Positions 1 through 11,494 of a stretch of 64,000 nt of DNA are shown here, in pieces. This stretch comes from an uncultured Pseudomonadota bacterium (GTDB lineage Bacteria > Pseudomonadota > Alphaproteobacteria > Caulobacterales > Caulobacteraceae). The position numbers and the translations under genes are program-made. Positions within the stretch are counted from its first letter, which is position 1. Each line of letters opens with the position of its first letter. The stretch spans positions 1,516,128 through 1,580,127 of the forward strand of contig CAVPBP010000002.1 of assembly GCA_963701905.1 (NCBI GenBank), read 5' to 3'. The notes beneath the pieces are model-generated. The model had not been told where the DNA came from, searched no databases, and worked only from the letters and a program-made list of their open reading frames with translations.

Positions 1-112
1 CGAGGCTGACCGTCGGGGCGGATTGCGGCGGCGGGGCCGGCGGATCGGCGGCTGCCGGCGGGCAAGCGGCGAGGCTCGCCAGGCCGATCAGCGCCGCCCG
101 CCACCGCGTCAT
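1..112 (-). CDS. 5' part of a secreted protein (runs off the window edge)
   Basis: ATG at 112 with GAGGG upstream; reads MTRWRAALIGLASLAACPPAAADPPAPPPQ, a signal-peptide-like start. Confidence 0.55.
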   Translation of the reverse strand, partial: MTRWRAALIGLASLAACPPAAADPPAPPPQSAPTVSL

Positions 113-170
113 GGAAACCGCCCTCGTTCGCGAAGCCTGCCGGACAGGCTGAGCCGTCCCGCGTCTGCAA

Positions 171-1098
171 TCAAGGGGTGGTGCGGGCGGGTCCGCCCAA
201 CATCGCTTGGATGGCCTCCACCGCGGTCGACCACGCCGTCGTCGCCCGGCGTGATCAGCTCGACGTGGCCGGTGTCGGGCAGCACGATGGTGCGCAGCCG
301 CGCGCCCTGCATCCTGGCGGCGTAGGCGTGGGCGAAGGCGGGCGGCGCGATTCCATCCGCCTCGCCGTTGATCTGCACCTGCGGCTCAGCGCCCACGCCC
401 AGCTCGGCCGGCGAGGTGTCGGCGTAGACGTTGGGGCGGTCGGGCGAGGCCACGCCGACCAGTCGCGCGATCACCCCCTGCCCGCAGACGTCCGCGGCCG
501 CTTCGGGCTCCAGGTCGGGCAGGCCGCCCAGGCTGACGACGCCGGCGATGGCGAGCGGATGGGGGCCGTTCAGCGCGCTGCCGGCCGGCAACCGGGAGCG
601 CGCGGCCAGCCAGAGCACGAAGTGCCCGCCTGCCGAGTGTCCGAGCGCGACGACACGGTCCAGCCGCAGGTGATGAGCCGGCGCGATCGTCGCCAGCGCG
701 TCGGCGCCGGCCGCCACGTCCTGGAACGTTCCCGGGTAGCCGCCGCCCGGCCGGTCGACCCCGCGGTACTCGATGTTCCAAACCGCGATCCCGCGCCGGC
801 GCAGGTCGTCGGCCGCGTAGTTCATGATGCTGAGCCTGGCGACGCCCGAGAGCCAGCAGCCGCCGTGCACCATCAGCACCACCGGGAACGGCCCCTTGCC
901 CTCAGGGATCCAGAGCTCGCCGAACTGCATCGGACCGGGGCCATAGGCGATCTTCTCGCTCGGCGCCGGCAGCGGGCGGCCGAGCAGGTCGGGCCAGTCC
1001 ATCAGCTTCGCCGCCCCAGCGCCTGTCGCCTGCGCCGCCAGCGCCGCCGCCGCGAAGCAGCCCGCCGTCAGGCGCCGCGTTCGTGTCTTCACCGACAT
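171..1098 (-). CDS. Secreted alpha/beta hydrolase (esterase/lipase); probable frameshift near 240
   Basis: Signal peptide, HGGCW oxyanion motif, GHSAGG nucleophile elbow, GHVELI catalytic His. Removing one base gives the C-terminus PGTTAWSTAVEAIQAMLGG with a stop at 171. Confidence 0.85.
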
Positions 1099-1163
1099 CC
1101 CACCTCCGGCGCCGTTCTGATAGCATCGCCGACGCGCCTATATCGAGGCAAGGCAGGACGCCC

Positions 1164-1841
1164 GTGACACTCGAGCTGGACCAGATCGCCCCCGACATCG
1201 CCTACGCGCCCAGCATCGGCGTGCGGCGGGCGCATGAGACGCCGCTGGTGGTCGCCAGCGACCTCAGCCTCGCCGGCCTCGGCGCGCTGGTGGCCGATCC
1301 GGCCGCCTGTGAGATCGAGATCGTGCGCTGGCCGGCGCAGGGCTGGCGCCCGGTGGACGACGGCTCCGGCGACCAGGGCGGGACCACCGAGGGTCTCTTC
1401 GAGTTCGCCTGGCGCGGCGACACCCTCTACGCCCGCAACAACGCGGTGGGCGACGCCTACCTGTTCGGCTGGAGCACCTGGCCCGAGGATGCGCTGGCCG
1501 ACGGGCCGGCGCGGCCGCGCGAGCGGGCGCTGATCTGGCGCGCCAACTACCATCCCGACGGCGGCCAGATGATCTGGCCGATGCACGGCGAGAGCTTCGT
1601 CGTCCCGCTCGCCCCGCCCGGCGACGACGTGACGCCCGCCTCGTTCACCAGCTTCTGGTGCGACGGGATGCACGGCCTCTACGTGCGGCCGGGCGTCTGG
1701 CACGGCGCGTTCGTCCCGCACGCCGACACCGCGACCTTCCTGGACCGCCAGGGCCGCGTCCACGCCCGCGTCTCGGTGGACTTCCCGAAGGAGTTCGGCT
1801 GCCACCTCGCGGCGCCGCTCCGGCGCCCGCAAGGCGCTTGA
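1164..1841 (+). CDS. Ureidoglycolate lyase-like cupin protein
   Basis: NYHPDGGQ and GLYVRPGVWH cupin motifs; GTG start at 1164 inferred. Confidence 0.65.
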   Translation: MTLELDQIAPDIAYAPSIGVRRAHETPLVVASDLSLAGLGALVADPAACEIEIVRWPAQGWRPVDDGSGDQGGTTEGLFEFAWRGDTLYARNNAVGDAYLFGWSTWPEDALADGPARPRERALIWRANYHPDGGQMIWPMHGESFVVPLAPPGDDVTPASFTSFWCDGMHGLYVRPGVWHGAFVPHADTATFLDRQGRVHARVSVDFPKEFGCHLAAPLRRPQGA

Positions 1842-1878
1842 TCCGGCGGCCGCAAAGCGTTCGACTGACCAAAGCCCC

Positions 1879-2868
1879 ATGTCCGACCACAGCCACCACC
1901 ATCATGAGCACGCCGAGCCCGGCCACGGGCATGCGCACACCGACGGCCACGGACCCGGGCACGGCCACGCCCATCATCACCATCACCATCACGGCCACGG
2001 CGCCGACTTCGGCCGCGCCTTCGCGATCGGCATTGTGCTCAACAGCGCCTACGTGGTCGGCGAAGCGGTCTACGGCTTCCTCGCCAACTCGCTGGCCCTC
2101 CTGGCCGACGCCGGCCACAACGCCGGCGACGTGGTCAGCCTCGGCCTCGCCTGGCTAGCCGCGACGCTGGCCCGCCGCGCGCCCTCCAGCCGCTTCACCT
2201 ACGGCCTCGCCTCCTCGTCGATCCTGGCCGCCCTCGCCAACGCCGTGCTGCTGGCGCTGGTCACCGGCGCCATCGCCTGGGAGGCGGTGCTGCGCCTGAT
2301 GCACCCGCAGCCAGCGGCGGGCGTGCTGATGATGGCGGTGGCGGCGGTCGGCATCGTCGTCAACGGCGTCACCGCGATGATGTTCGCCGCCGGCCGCAAG
2401 AGCGACCTGAACGTCAGAAGCGCCTTCCTGCACATGGCCTCCGACGCGCTGGTCGCAGTCGGCGTGGTGGCGACGGGCGCGGCGATCCTCTTCACCGGCT
2501 GGCGCTGGCTCGACCCGGCGATCAGCCTGGTGATCGGCGCGGTGATCGTCTGGGGGACCTGGTCGCTGCTGCGCGAGGCGCTGGCGCTGGCGCTGGCCGG
2601 CGTGCCGCCGGGCGTCGACGAGGGCGGCGTCGCGAGCTACCTGGCGGCGCTGCCGGGCGTCATCGAGGTGCACGACCTGCACATCTGGGGCATGAGCACC
2701 ACCGAGACCGCGCTCACCGCCCACCTGGTGCGCCCCGGGGCCGTGCTGGACGATACGCTGCTGGCCGAGGTCTGCGCCGAGCTGAAGGCGCGCTTCGCCA
2801 TCCACCACGCCACCCTGCAGATCGAAACCGGCGCCGCCCCCTGCGAGCTCGCCGACCACGCCGCCTGA
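1879..2868 (+). CDS. Cation diffusion facilitator (CzcD/ZitB-like) with His-rich N-terminus
   Basis: SLALLADAGHN, AFLHMASD, VHDLHIW and HATLQIE motifs; about six TM segments. Confidence 0.92.
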   Translation: MSDHSHHHHEHAEPGHGHAHTDGHGPGHGHAHHHHHHHGHGADFGRAFAIGIVLNSAYVVGEAVYGFLANSLALLADAGHNAGDVVSLGLAWLAATLARRAPSSRFTYGLASSSILAALANAVLLALVTGAIAWEAVLRLMHPQPAAGVLMMAVAAVGIVVNGVTAMMFAAGRKSDLNVRSAFLHMASDALVAVGVVATGAAILFTGWRWLDPAISLVIGAVIVWGTWSLLREALALALAGVPPGVDEGGVASYLAALPGVIEVHDLHIWGMSTTETALTAHLVRPGAVLDDTLLAEVCAELKARFAIHHATLQIETGAAPCELADHAA

Positions 2869-2998
2869 CGGCGTCCGGGCGACGCCGCCGGCTCGAGACG
2901 CCCTGGCGTCGCGGCTGGCCCATAGCTCTGGTTGGACCTGATAGGCGCCCGGCGACGGACGTGGCGTCTTCTGGCGTCTCCGATGGCCGGATCCAGCT

Positions 2999-3718
2999 GT
3001 GCCACATTACCGCAAGAGCCCCTGCAAAGTCGTCCGCGCCATCGCCCTGGCGAGCGTGTTGGGGATCGCGGTCGCGTCGGTCGCGGTCTCCACAGGCCTC
3101 GCTCACCAGCGGCGAGCCGAGCCGCCACACCACCGACACGCGCTGAAGGGGATCGACGTTTCCCACTACCAGGGCGCCATCGATTGGCCCGCCGTCGCTC
3201 GCGACCACGTGGCCTTCGCCTACATCAAGGCGACGGAGGGGGTCGGCGGACAGGATGCGCGGTTCGCGCGCAACTGGCGCGGCGCGGCGCGGGCGGGCAT
3301 CCGCGTCGGCGCCTACCACTACTTCATCTTCTGCCGCTCAGCCCGCGCGCAGGCCTATAATTTCCTGGCCGCAACCCCGCGCCGTGCCGGCGCGTTGCCG
3401 CCCGCCGTCGACCTCGAGACGCCGCGCCGGTGTCGCGTCACCGGCCCCGAGGTGAGGCGCGCGCTGGACACCTACCTGGCCGTGATCGAGGCGCACGACC
3501 GTGAGCACGCCGTCCTCTACGTGACGCCGCAGTTCTACCGCGCCTATCGGCGCTACCTGCCGGAGCGCCCGATGTGGCGCCGCTCGATCGCATCGAAGCC
3601 CGCGTCGGGCGCGTCATGGGCGCTCTGGCAATACGGCAGCCGCGGGCGCGTCGCCGGCATACGCACCTTCGTCGACCTCAACCGCGCCAGCGCCGGCGGC
3701 CGCGCCTTGCCGCTGTAG
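2999..3718 (+). CDS. GH25 family lysozyme/muramidase
   Basis: GIDVSHYQG, IKATEG, GAYHYF, DLE and LWQY motifs; N-terminal hydrophobic segment; start codon uncertain. Confidence 0.9.
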   Translation: MPHYRKSPCKVVRAIALASVLGIAVASVAVSTGLAHQRRAEPPHHRHALKGIDVSHYQGAIDWPAVARDHVAFAYIKATEGVGGQDARFARNWRGAARAGIRVGAYHYFIFCRSARAQAYNFLAATPRRAGALPPAVDLETPRRCRVTGPEVRRALDTYLAVIEAHDREHAVLYVTPQFYRAYRRYLPERPMWRRSIASKPASGASWALWQYGSRGRVAGIRTFVDLNRASAGGRALPL

Positions 3719-3974
3719 CTGCCCAAATCGCAGGCAGCGCACCACAAATCACCACAGATAGCGGTCCGCCCGCGCCTCGGGCGGCGCCCATTTCCTGATC
3801 ATCACGATGTCAAAGACCAGCGCCTGGCGAGAGCAACGCCAGCATCGTAGTAATAGTTACCCATCGTAATAGCCCTCCGCAAGCCTCTTGGGCGCATCGC
3901 CGCCTTGGCTTGACGCTGGCCAGGCCGGTCGGAAGAGTGACCACCGCGGCGTAAAGACGAAGGGAGGGCCGTCC

Positions 3975-4316
3975 GTGGCCACCGAGGACGATGTGCGCCG
4001 CCTGGCGCTGGCGCTCCCGGGCGTCCGGGAGGTCACCCAGTACGCGGTCGCGGGCAAGCCGATCGCCTGGCCCCATTTCGAGCGCGACAAGTCGCGGCGC
4101 AAGTTCACCTGGCACGACGGCGTCAGCGCCATTCGCTGTCCGTTGCTCGAGAAGGAGATGCTGATCGAGGCGGCGTCGGACATCTACTTCGACGACGACG
4201 GCGACCGCACCTTTCCCGCCATGCTCGTGCGTCTGGACCGCATCGACACCGACGAGCTCGGCGCAATGCTGGCCCGCGCCCACGAGCTCCAGGCCCCCAA
4301 GCCCCGCAAGCGCTAG
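3975..4316 (+). CDS. MmcQ/YjbR family protein
   Basis: TEDDVRRLALALPGV start and AMLVRLDRID...APK end; GGGAGG before a GTG start. Confidence 0.75.
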   Translation: MATEDDVRRLALALPGVREVTQYAVAGKPIAWPHFERDKSRRKFTWHDGVSAIRCPLLEKEMLIEAASDIYFDDDGDRTFPAMLVRLDRIDTDELGAMLARAHELQAPKPRKR

Positions 4317-4318
4317 CC

Positions 4319-4741
4319 ATGCAAACCACCGCCGACGACGGGAACCCGCCCGAGTGGCGCGGGCAGTTCGCCAACGCCGAAGCGAACCGGCTGCATGCCG
4401 AGTGCTTCGAGCACGCGCCGACCGACGAGGATTGGTGGGGGCGCGTGAACCGGTTCAGCCTGGGCTGGGTCTGCCTGCGCTCTGAAGGCGAGCTGGTCGG
4501 CTTCGTGAACGTGGCCTGGGACGGCGGCGTGCACGCCTTCATCCTCGACACCATGGTCGGCGCGCCGTTCCGACGCCGCGGTTACGCCGCGCGGCTGGTC
4601 GCCGAGGCCGCCCGCCACGCCGCCGCGGCCGGCTGCGAGTGGCTGCACGTCGACTTCGAGCCCCACTTGCGCGGCCTTTACATGGATGCCTGCGGGTTCA
4701 CGGCCACCGACGCGGGGCTGATCGCGCTGCGGGGCCGCTAG
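4319..4741 (+). CDS. GNAT family N-acetyltransferase
   Basis: GFVNVAWDGGVHAFILDT, RRRGYA acetyl-CoA motif, WLHVDFE, CGF. Confidence 0.88.
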   Translation: MQTTADDGNPPEWRGQFANAEANRLHAECFEHAPTDEDWWGRVNRFSLGWVCLRSEGELVGFVNVAWDGGVHAFILDTMVGAPFRRRGYAARLVAEAARHAAAAGCEWLHVDFEPHLRGLYMDACGFTATDAGLIALRGR

Positions 4742-4885
4742 GGCGAGCCGGACGGACTACGGGTGGCGGCGGGGGCGCAAAGCCGCGTCAACGACGCCTC
4801 CGACCGGCCATCCGCCATGCTCCGCTTCCAGTTTCTCTGATCGGCCTCACCGGAAAACTCTATCTTAACATCGTAAGGATAGATG

Positions 4886-4920
4886 TTGACGCCGTTCAGA
4901 TCGATGCTATCTAAGCATCG
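4886..4920 (+). promoter_or_regulatory. Sigma70-type promoter with an inverted repeat over the -10 box
   Basis: TTGACG (4886-4891), 16 nt spacer, TATCTA (4908-4913); CGATGCT/AGCATCG inverted repeat at 4902-4920. Confidence 0.6.
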
Positions 4921-4972
4921 TCCAGATGGACATCCCCGCTCCCCCGGGGTTCAGAACCAAGGAACTTAAGTC

Positions 4973-5080
4973 ATGTCTCTCGCCCAAGCTTTCGAACGCA
5001 TGCTCGACCGCGGCATCGTCTCGGTCACCGTCCTGTTTGGTCTGGCGCTCGCCGCCGGCACTGCCCTCGCCGGCGTCTAA
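4973..5080 (+). CDS. 35-aa small hydrophobic protein (below the ORF-track cut-off)
   Basis: AAGGAA RBS; MSLAQAFERMLDRGIVSVTVLFGLALAAGTALAGV; host-like codons; promoter upstream. Confidence 0.7.
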   Translation: MSLAQAFERMLDRGIVSVTVLFGLALAAGTALAGV

Positions 5081-5164
5081 GGGCCCGGCCCCGTGCCTGG
5101 GCCGAAGCTTCGGGAGGCGTAGCCTGACGGCTGCGTCTCCCGAATGCGGTCGGCCCGCGCCACG

Positions 5165-5935
5165 CTACGAGGGCGCGCCCTCTCCCCGTCTGAACGCCAG
5201 CAGGTCGACCGGCTCGATCACCGGCTGATCGGGCGGCTGCCGCGCCGCGTAGGCGCGCAGGTCCGCCAGGCCGGCGGCGAAGTCGGCCTCTCCCAGTTGC
5301 ACCAGGATCGAGTCGGCCCGCAGCGCGACCTTCTCCGCGTAGGCCGGCCAGGACTCGGCGACTTCGCTCATCACCACCTCGGGCGCCGACGGCTCGAAGC
5401 CGGCGTCGCGGAACGGGGCGGTCATCTCGTCCACGCTGCTGAGCGCACCCCGGATCAGCTGCTCCGTCCGCGGGAAGAAGGGCACGTACGGATAGCCGTC
5501 GATCTGGTCGGTCGAGCCGGCGCGCAGCACGACCACGCCGCCCGGCTTCAGCACCCGCCGGCACTCGCGCGCCACCTGCCGCGGGTCGGCGAAATGGTGG
5601 AACACCATCGACATGAAGACCATATCGACGCTGGCGCTCTCGAGCGGCAGCCGCTCGCCGTGGCCCTGCAGATGCGTGACGCCTGGCGCATTCTTGCGCC
5701 GCGCTTCGGCCAGCATCTTCTCCGAGGGATCAACGGCGCTCACGGCCGCCCCGAAATGCTCGGCCAGCGGCCCGGAGTAGCGGCCGGTCCCGCAGCCCAG
5801 ATCGAGAATGGCCTCGATGCGCCGCCGCCCGCCCGCGGCCCTCTCGATCGCCCCCAGCCACAGCGCCAGGGTCTGGCGCGAATAGCCCCGCCCGGCGTCG
5901 TAGACGGCCGGCATCGTCGTCGTGTCGTAGTCCAT
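5165..5935 (-). CDS. Class I SAM-dependent methyltransferase
   Basis: ILDLGCGTG motif I, VDPSEKML, VLKPGG. Confidence 0.9.
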   Translation of the reverse strand: MDYDTTTMPAVYDAGRGYSRQTLALWLGAIERAAGGRRRIEAILDLGCGTGRYSGPLAEHFGAAVSAVDPSEKMLAEARRKNAPGVTHLQGHGERLPLESASVDMVFMSMVFHHFADPRQVARECRRVLKPGGVVVLRAGSTDQIDGYPYVPFFPRTEQLIRGALSSVDEMTAPFRDAGFEPSAPEVVMSEVAESWPAYAEKVALRADSILVQLGEADFAAGLADLRAYAARQPPDQPVIEPVDLLAFRRGEGAPS

Positions 5936-6095
5936 GTTCGGCTCCCTTCGCTGGCATTACCCAGGCAGGTTCAGCGGGTATGATCTCAGCCTGCGCATCG
6001 CAGGCACCCCGGCGTCGCCATGCTCGCGCTGCGCAGCGTAGCCTGTCAACCGGCCGCCGGTGAATGCCGCCGCATCCGGTTTTCTCGCCGGCGTA

Positions 6096-6122
6096 TGTCG
6101 ACGACGCGCCCGGCCGGTCGTC
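6096..6122 (+). promoter_or_regulatory. Candidate ECF sigma promoter
   Basis: TGTCGAC-N16-CGTC about 30 nt upstream of the DUF899 ATG. Confidence 0.45.
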
Positions 6123-6153
6123 TTATGGGTAAGGCCGCAGACGGGAGAGCTCC

Positions 6154-6855
6154 ATGACCGAAACCACAGCCGATAAGGCGGCCATGCAGACGCCGCCGGT
6201 CGTCTCGCCAGAGACCTGGGAGGCGGCGCGCCAGGCGATGCTGGTGAAGGAGAAGGCGTTCACCCGAGCCCGCGACGCGTTAGCCGCCGAGCGGCGACGG
6301 ATGCCGTGGATGGCGGTCGAGAAATCGTACGCGTTCGAGGGGCCGAGCGGCCCGGCGAGCCTGCTCGACCTCTTCGAGGGCCGCAGGCAGCTGATCGTCT
6401 GCCGCGCCTTCTTCGAGCCCGGGGTCACCGGCTGGCCAGACCATGCCTGCCGCGGCTGTTCGCTGGGCGCCGACCAGGTCGCGCACCTCAGCCACCTGAA
6501 CGCCCGCGACACCACGCTCGCCTACGCCAGCCGCGCGCCACAAGCCGACATCGCGCGGCTGAAGGCCCGGATGGGCTGGGAGATGCCCTGGTACACGATC
6601 ACCGACAGCTGGGACGCCGACTTCGGCGTCGACGAATGGCACGGCAACAACGTCTTCATCCGCGACGGCGACCGGGTGTTCCGCACCTACTTCATCAACG
6701 ACCGCGGCGACGAGGCGATGGGCAGCACCTGGAACCACCTCGACATCACGCCGCTCGGCCGCCAGGAAACCTGGGAAGACTCGCCCGAGGGCTACCCACA
6801 GACGGCGCCGTACAAGTGGTGGAACTGGCACGACGAGTATCCCCCCGGCGCCTAG
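6154..6855 (+). CDS. DUF899 thioredoxin-like protein
   Basis: LLDLFEGRRQLIV, CRGC, LDITPLGRQETWEDSPEGYPQ. Confidence 0.9.
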   Translation: MTETTADKAAMQTPPVVSPETWEAARQAMLVKEKAFTRARDALAAERRRMPWMAVEKSYAFEGPSGPASLLDLFEGRRQLIVCRAFFEPGVTGWPDHACRGCSLGADQVAHLSHLNARDTTLAYASRAPQADIARLKARMGWEMPWYTITDSWDADFGVDEWHGNNVFIRDGDRVFRTYFINDRGDEAMGSTWNHLDITPLGRQETWEDSPEGYPQTAPYKWWNWHDEYPPGA

Positions 6856-6972
6856 CCGCAGCCGGATTGAGGGCTGAGTGGCCGCCGTTTCGCCCGCGGC
6901 GCCCATCTGTGGTCGGCGTTCATAACCGCAACCCGATCGAGCGCTACGCGTGCCCTGTCCTTCGCCAGCTGC

Positions 6973-8770
6973 TCAGTCCACCCCGATCAGGTCGCGACGG
7001 TTCTTTTCCAGCTCCTCGGCATAGCGGCGCGTGGCGTGCGCTTCGGAGAGCATGCCCAGCACCTCGCGTTGCTCGTCCAGCACAGCCAGCTCGTCGGCGC
7101 CGGTGCGGTCGAAGACGCCCATCATCTCCTTGATCGACATCTCCGGGGTCAGCCAGTCGTCCTTGTGGATGGTCAGCTCACTGACGACGCCTTCGCCGTC
7201 GGCGTCGGTATAGACCGCCGAGGTCGGCACGATGCCGGCGTAGTGGCCCTCGTCGTCGAGCGCGATGGCGCGCTGGGTCGAGCCCAGCGGGAAGCGGCGG
7301 CGGAACTCCTCCAGGCTGGCGGCGGCGGCGATGGTGCGCGGGTCGGTGCGCATCATCCGCCCGGCGGTCAGGGTGCGCAGCCAGCCGACGTCGTGGGCGC
7401 TGCGGATGGTCTCGCCGCGCAGGTGCAGGCGCCAGGTCGAGAACGAGTAGCCGAAGGTCTCGCGCACGACGAGGCTGGCGATGATCGAGGCGGTCAGCGT
7501 CGCGGCGGTGAGGCCGAAGTCGCCGGTGGTCTGCAGCACCAGGAACGACATGGTCAGCGGCCCGCCGACGATGGCGACCGCCAACGCGCCCATGCCGACC
7601 AGCGAGGCGGCGGTCGGGTCGAGGCTGGCGCCGGCGTAGGTGTCCAGCAGCACCGCGAACAGCCGCCCGAGCAGCGAGCCCAGGTAGAGCGAGGCGAAGA
7701 ACAGCCCGCCGCGGAAGCCGAAGCCCAGCGAGATCACCGAGGCGGCCGACTTGGTCGACGATCAGGAAGATCAGCGCGCCGATGCCGAGCTTGGCGGTGA
7801 GGTCGAGGTACATCGCCCCGTGCCCGGCCGACAGCGTCTGCGCCGAGATCAGCGCCACGCCGATCAGGATGACGCCGCCCATGATCGGGCGGAACGGCCG
7901 CAGCGACGCCGACAGGCGGCCGGTCAGCGCGTCGGTCCAGCCCACCAGCCGCATGACCAGCACGCCGTAGAAGGCGCAGACCAGGCCCAGCCCCGCGTAG
8001 GCCAGGTAGTGGGCGAGCTTGTAGTCGTCCGGCGTGGTGATCGGGATCACCATCGGCTCGAAGTGCACCAGCCGGGTCATCAGCCAGCCGGCGATGGCCG
8101 CGGCGATCACCGCGGCGACGTTGGCCACCGTGTAGGAGCCGATGACGATCTCGAAGGCGTAGAAGGCCCCGGCCAGCGGCGCGCCGAACGCCACCCCGAT
8201 CGCCGCCCCGGCGCCGGCGCCGACCCAGGTGCGCAGGTCCGAGCGGCGCAGGTTGAGGAACCGGCCGGTGATCGAGGCGATCGCCCCGCCCATCTGCGCG
8301 TAGGCCGCCTCCAGCCCCACCGAGGCGCCGAAGCCGTTGGAGACGATGGTCTGGGCGGCGACGAACAGGCTGTCGCGGAAGCTCATCCGCCCGCCGCGCA
8401 GCGCGTTGGCCTCCACCGGGTCGACCGGCCGCGTCGCCCGGCCGCGCGACCAGCCCCAGGTCAGCAGCACCAGCAGCGCCCCGCCCAGCGGCAGCGCGGC
8501 CAGCCGGTGCGGATCGACCTTCTGCAGCGCCGAGAGCCGCTCGTCGAAGTCCATGTTGTAGAACAGCATCTGCAGCGTGTGGGCGGCGAGGCCGATGCCG
8601 ATGGTGGCCATGCCCGAGGCCGCGCCGACGAGCGTGGCGATCGCCACCAGCCACAGCTCGCTGCGGCGGATCTCGCCGCGCAGGAAGACCAGCCCCTCCA
8701 TGGCCATCCGCATGACGCGCGAATGCCGCCGCGCCGCCTTGGCGACGGCGGGATCAGGCTGGGTGATCAC
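6973..8770 (-). CDS. ClC-family chloride channel/antiporter with C-terminal CBS domains; frameshift near 7750
   Basis: GASVGLEA, FGAPLAGAFYAFE and GFRGGLF ClC signatures split across ORFs 7178..8770 and 6973..7737. Confidence 0.9.
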
Positions 8771-8866
8771 CTCGACGGCGCTGACGGCCTTGTCGTCGAT
8801 CTGGCGGCGCCTCCGGTTGCGAGGCGTCCAGTCTAGAGCATGAGTCCGCGCCGCGCAGGATCGCGC

Positions 8867-9123
8867 TTATTCGTCGTCCTCGATCGCTTCCCACGCCGAG
8901 GCGCTCGGGGGCGCTTCGACCACGCTCTCCACCGTCACCGGCGATGCCTGATCGATCCCGGCGGTGTCCGGCGGCAGCTCGCCCTGCTTGGGATGCACGA
9001 ATCGGCGCGCTCCTTGCCGTCATGGCCCTTCACGAGCCGCGCCTCGCTGGCGATGCGCTCGCCGCGGTCGACGCGCCCCAGCCCCTCGTCGGCGGCCGCC
9101 TTGGGCGGCGTGTGTGTGGTCAT
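8867..9123 (-). CDS. Small acidic hypothetical protein (about 85 aa, one frameshift near 9000)
   Basis: GGAG RBS; MTTHTPPKAAADEGLGRVDRGERIASE... continues in the next frame as VHPKQGELPPDTAGIDQ...WEAIEDDE*. Confidence 0.5.
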
Positions 9124-9185
9124 GGGGAATCTCCGTGGGTCGCTTGGATGGAGAACGCTCCGCGCGCGGCGCCAGTTCTCCGCGC

Positions 9186-10298
<1,113 letters not shown>

Positions 10299-10312
10299 GG
10301 CGGGCTTCTCCG

Positions 10313-10891
10313 TTACGGCTGCGGCGACAGCCGCTCCTTGCGCGCCGCCTCGAACACTTCCTTCGCCGCGCCGGCGTTCAGCGCCCCGATGCCGAGGCCG
10401 ACCAGCAGGTCGGGCCAGGCGTTGCGGAAGACGACGGTGCCGAGCCCCGCGGCGACGATGGCGATGTTGGCGATAACGTCGTTGCGGGCCGAGAGGAAGA
10501 CCGCGCGGCCGAAGCTGCCTTGGCTGCGGCGATGCCCGGCGAGCGCGAAGGCGCAGGCGAGGTTCACCGCCATCGCGCCGAGCCCGACGATCGTCAGCGG
10601 CTCGGGCGCCGGCGCGACTGGCGCCATGAACTTGCGCCACGCCATCCACAGAGTCGCCGCGGTCGGGACCAGCAACAGGCCCGCCAGCACGGCCCCCACC
10701 TGCCCGCGCCGCCGCATGCTCCAGCCCAGCGCGACGACGACCAGCAGGTTCACCGCGGTGTCTTCCAGGAAGTCGATGGAGTCGGCGAACAGCGAGACGC
10801 TGCCGATGTCGAGCGCCACGGCGAACTCCACCCCGAACCAGGCGAGGTTGGCGAGCGCGACGAAGAGCGCGGCGCGGCGAAAACCGGTCAT
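10313..10891 (-). CDS. Short CDF-like cation transporter (membrane domain only)
   Basis: [32 protein letters not shown]. Confidence 0.8.
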   Translation of the reverse strand: MTGFRRAALFVALANLAWFGVEFAVALDIGSVSLFADSIDFLEDTAVNLLVVVALGWSMRRRGQVGAVLAGLLLVPTAATLWMAWRKFMAPVAPAPEPLTIVGLGAMAVNLACAFALAGHRRSQGSFGRAVFLSARNDVIANIAIVAAGLGTVVFRNAWPDLLVGLGIGALNAGAAKEVFEAARKERLSPQP

Positions 10892-11015
10892 CGGCGCCAC
10901 ATCGCGCAAGGCAATGGCGGGAGTCGAGTTCGCCCTGCCCCACCTGCGGCTCGACAAACGGGCTCGGCAGTCCGATGTATGGGGCTGGGACAGCGCAAGA
11001 CAAAGGAGGTCATCC

Positions 11016-11407
11016 TTGTCCAGGCGCTTGAAACTACTGCCGATCCTGGCGTTCGCCGCCGCAACCTTCGCCGCCACCGCCGCGCTCGCCGCCAGCGACA
11101 GCACCAGCAACTGCTTCCGAGCCCGCGACATGGGGCCCTGGAAATCGCCCGCGCCCAACGTGCTGCTTTACCGGGTCGGCGCGAACGCGGTGTGGCGGCT
11201 CGACCTGCAGGAGGGCTCCGACCAGCTGAAGTATCCGGACATGCACATCACCAACCGGCATATGGAAAGCGCGTGGCTGTGCGGGCCGAGCGACTTCCAA
11301 CTTGTTCGGATACGTCCGGCACGATCCGCGAGCCGCTGATCGTCACGTCGGTGCGCCAGCTGACGCCCGACGAAATCGCCCAGATACCGCACCAGTATCT
11401 GCCGTAG
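11016..11407 (+). CDS. Small secreted protein, DUF6491-like; frameshift near 11310
   Basis: AGGAGG RBS with TTG start; signal peptide; NCFRARD...WLCGPSD; C-terminus VTSVRQLTPDEIAQIPHQYLP in another frame. Confidence 0.6.
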
Positions 11408-11494
11408 CGCCGGCCCCGGCGCGATCGATTGAAGCAACTGGGCGCGAAGCCCAAGACGCGTGACCGCGGCTGCGTGCTGCGCTAAGGCCGCGCC

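Noticed and set aside
1879-2000. His-rich repeat as a novel element
   Set aside because: His-rich termini are common in CDF transporters
2999-3718. GH25 lysozyme as a prophage lysis gene
   Set aside because: No holin, structural, integrase or other phage genes nearby
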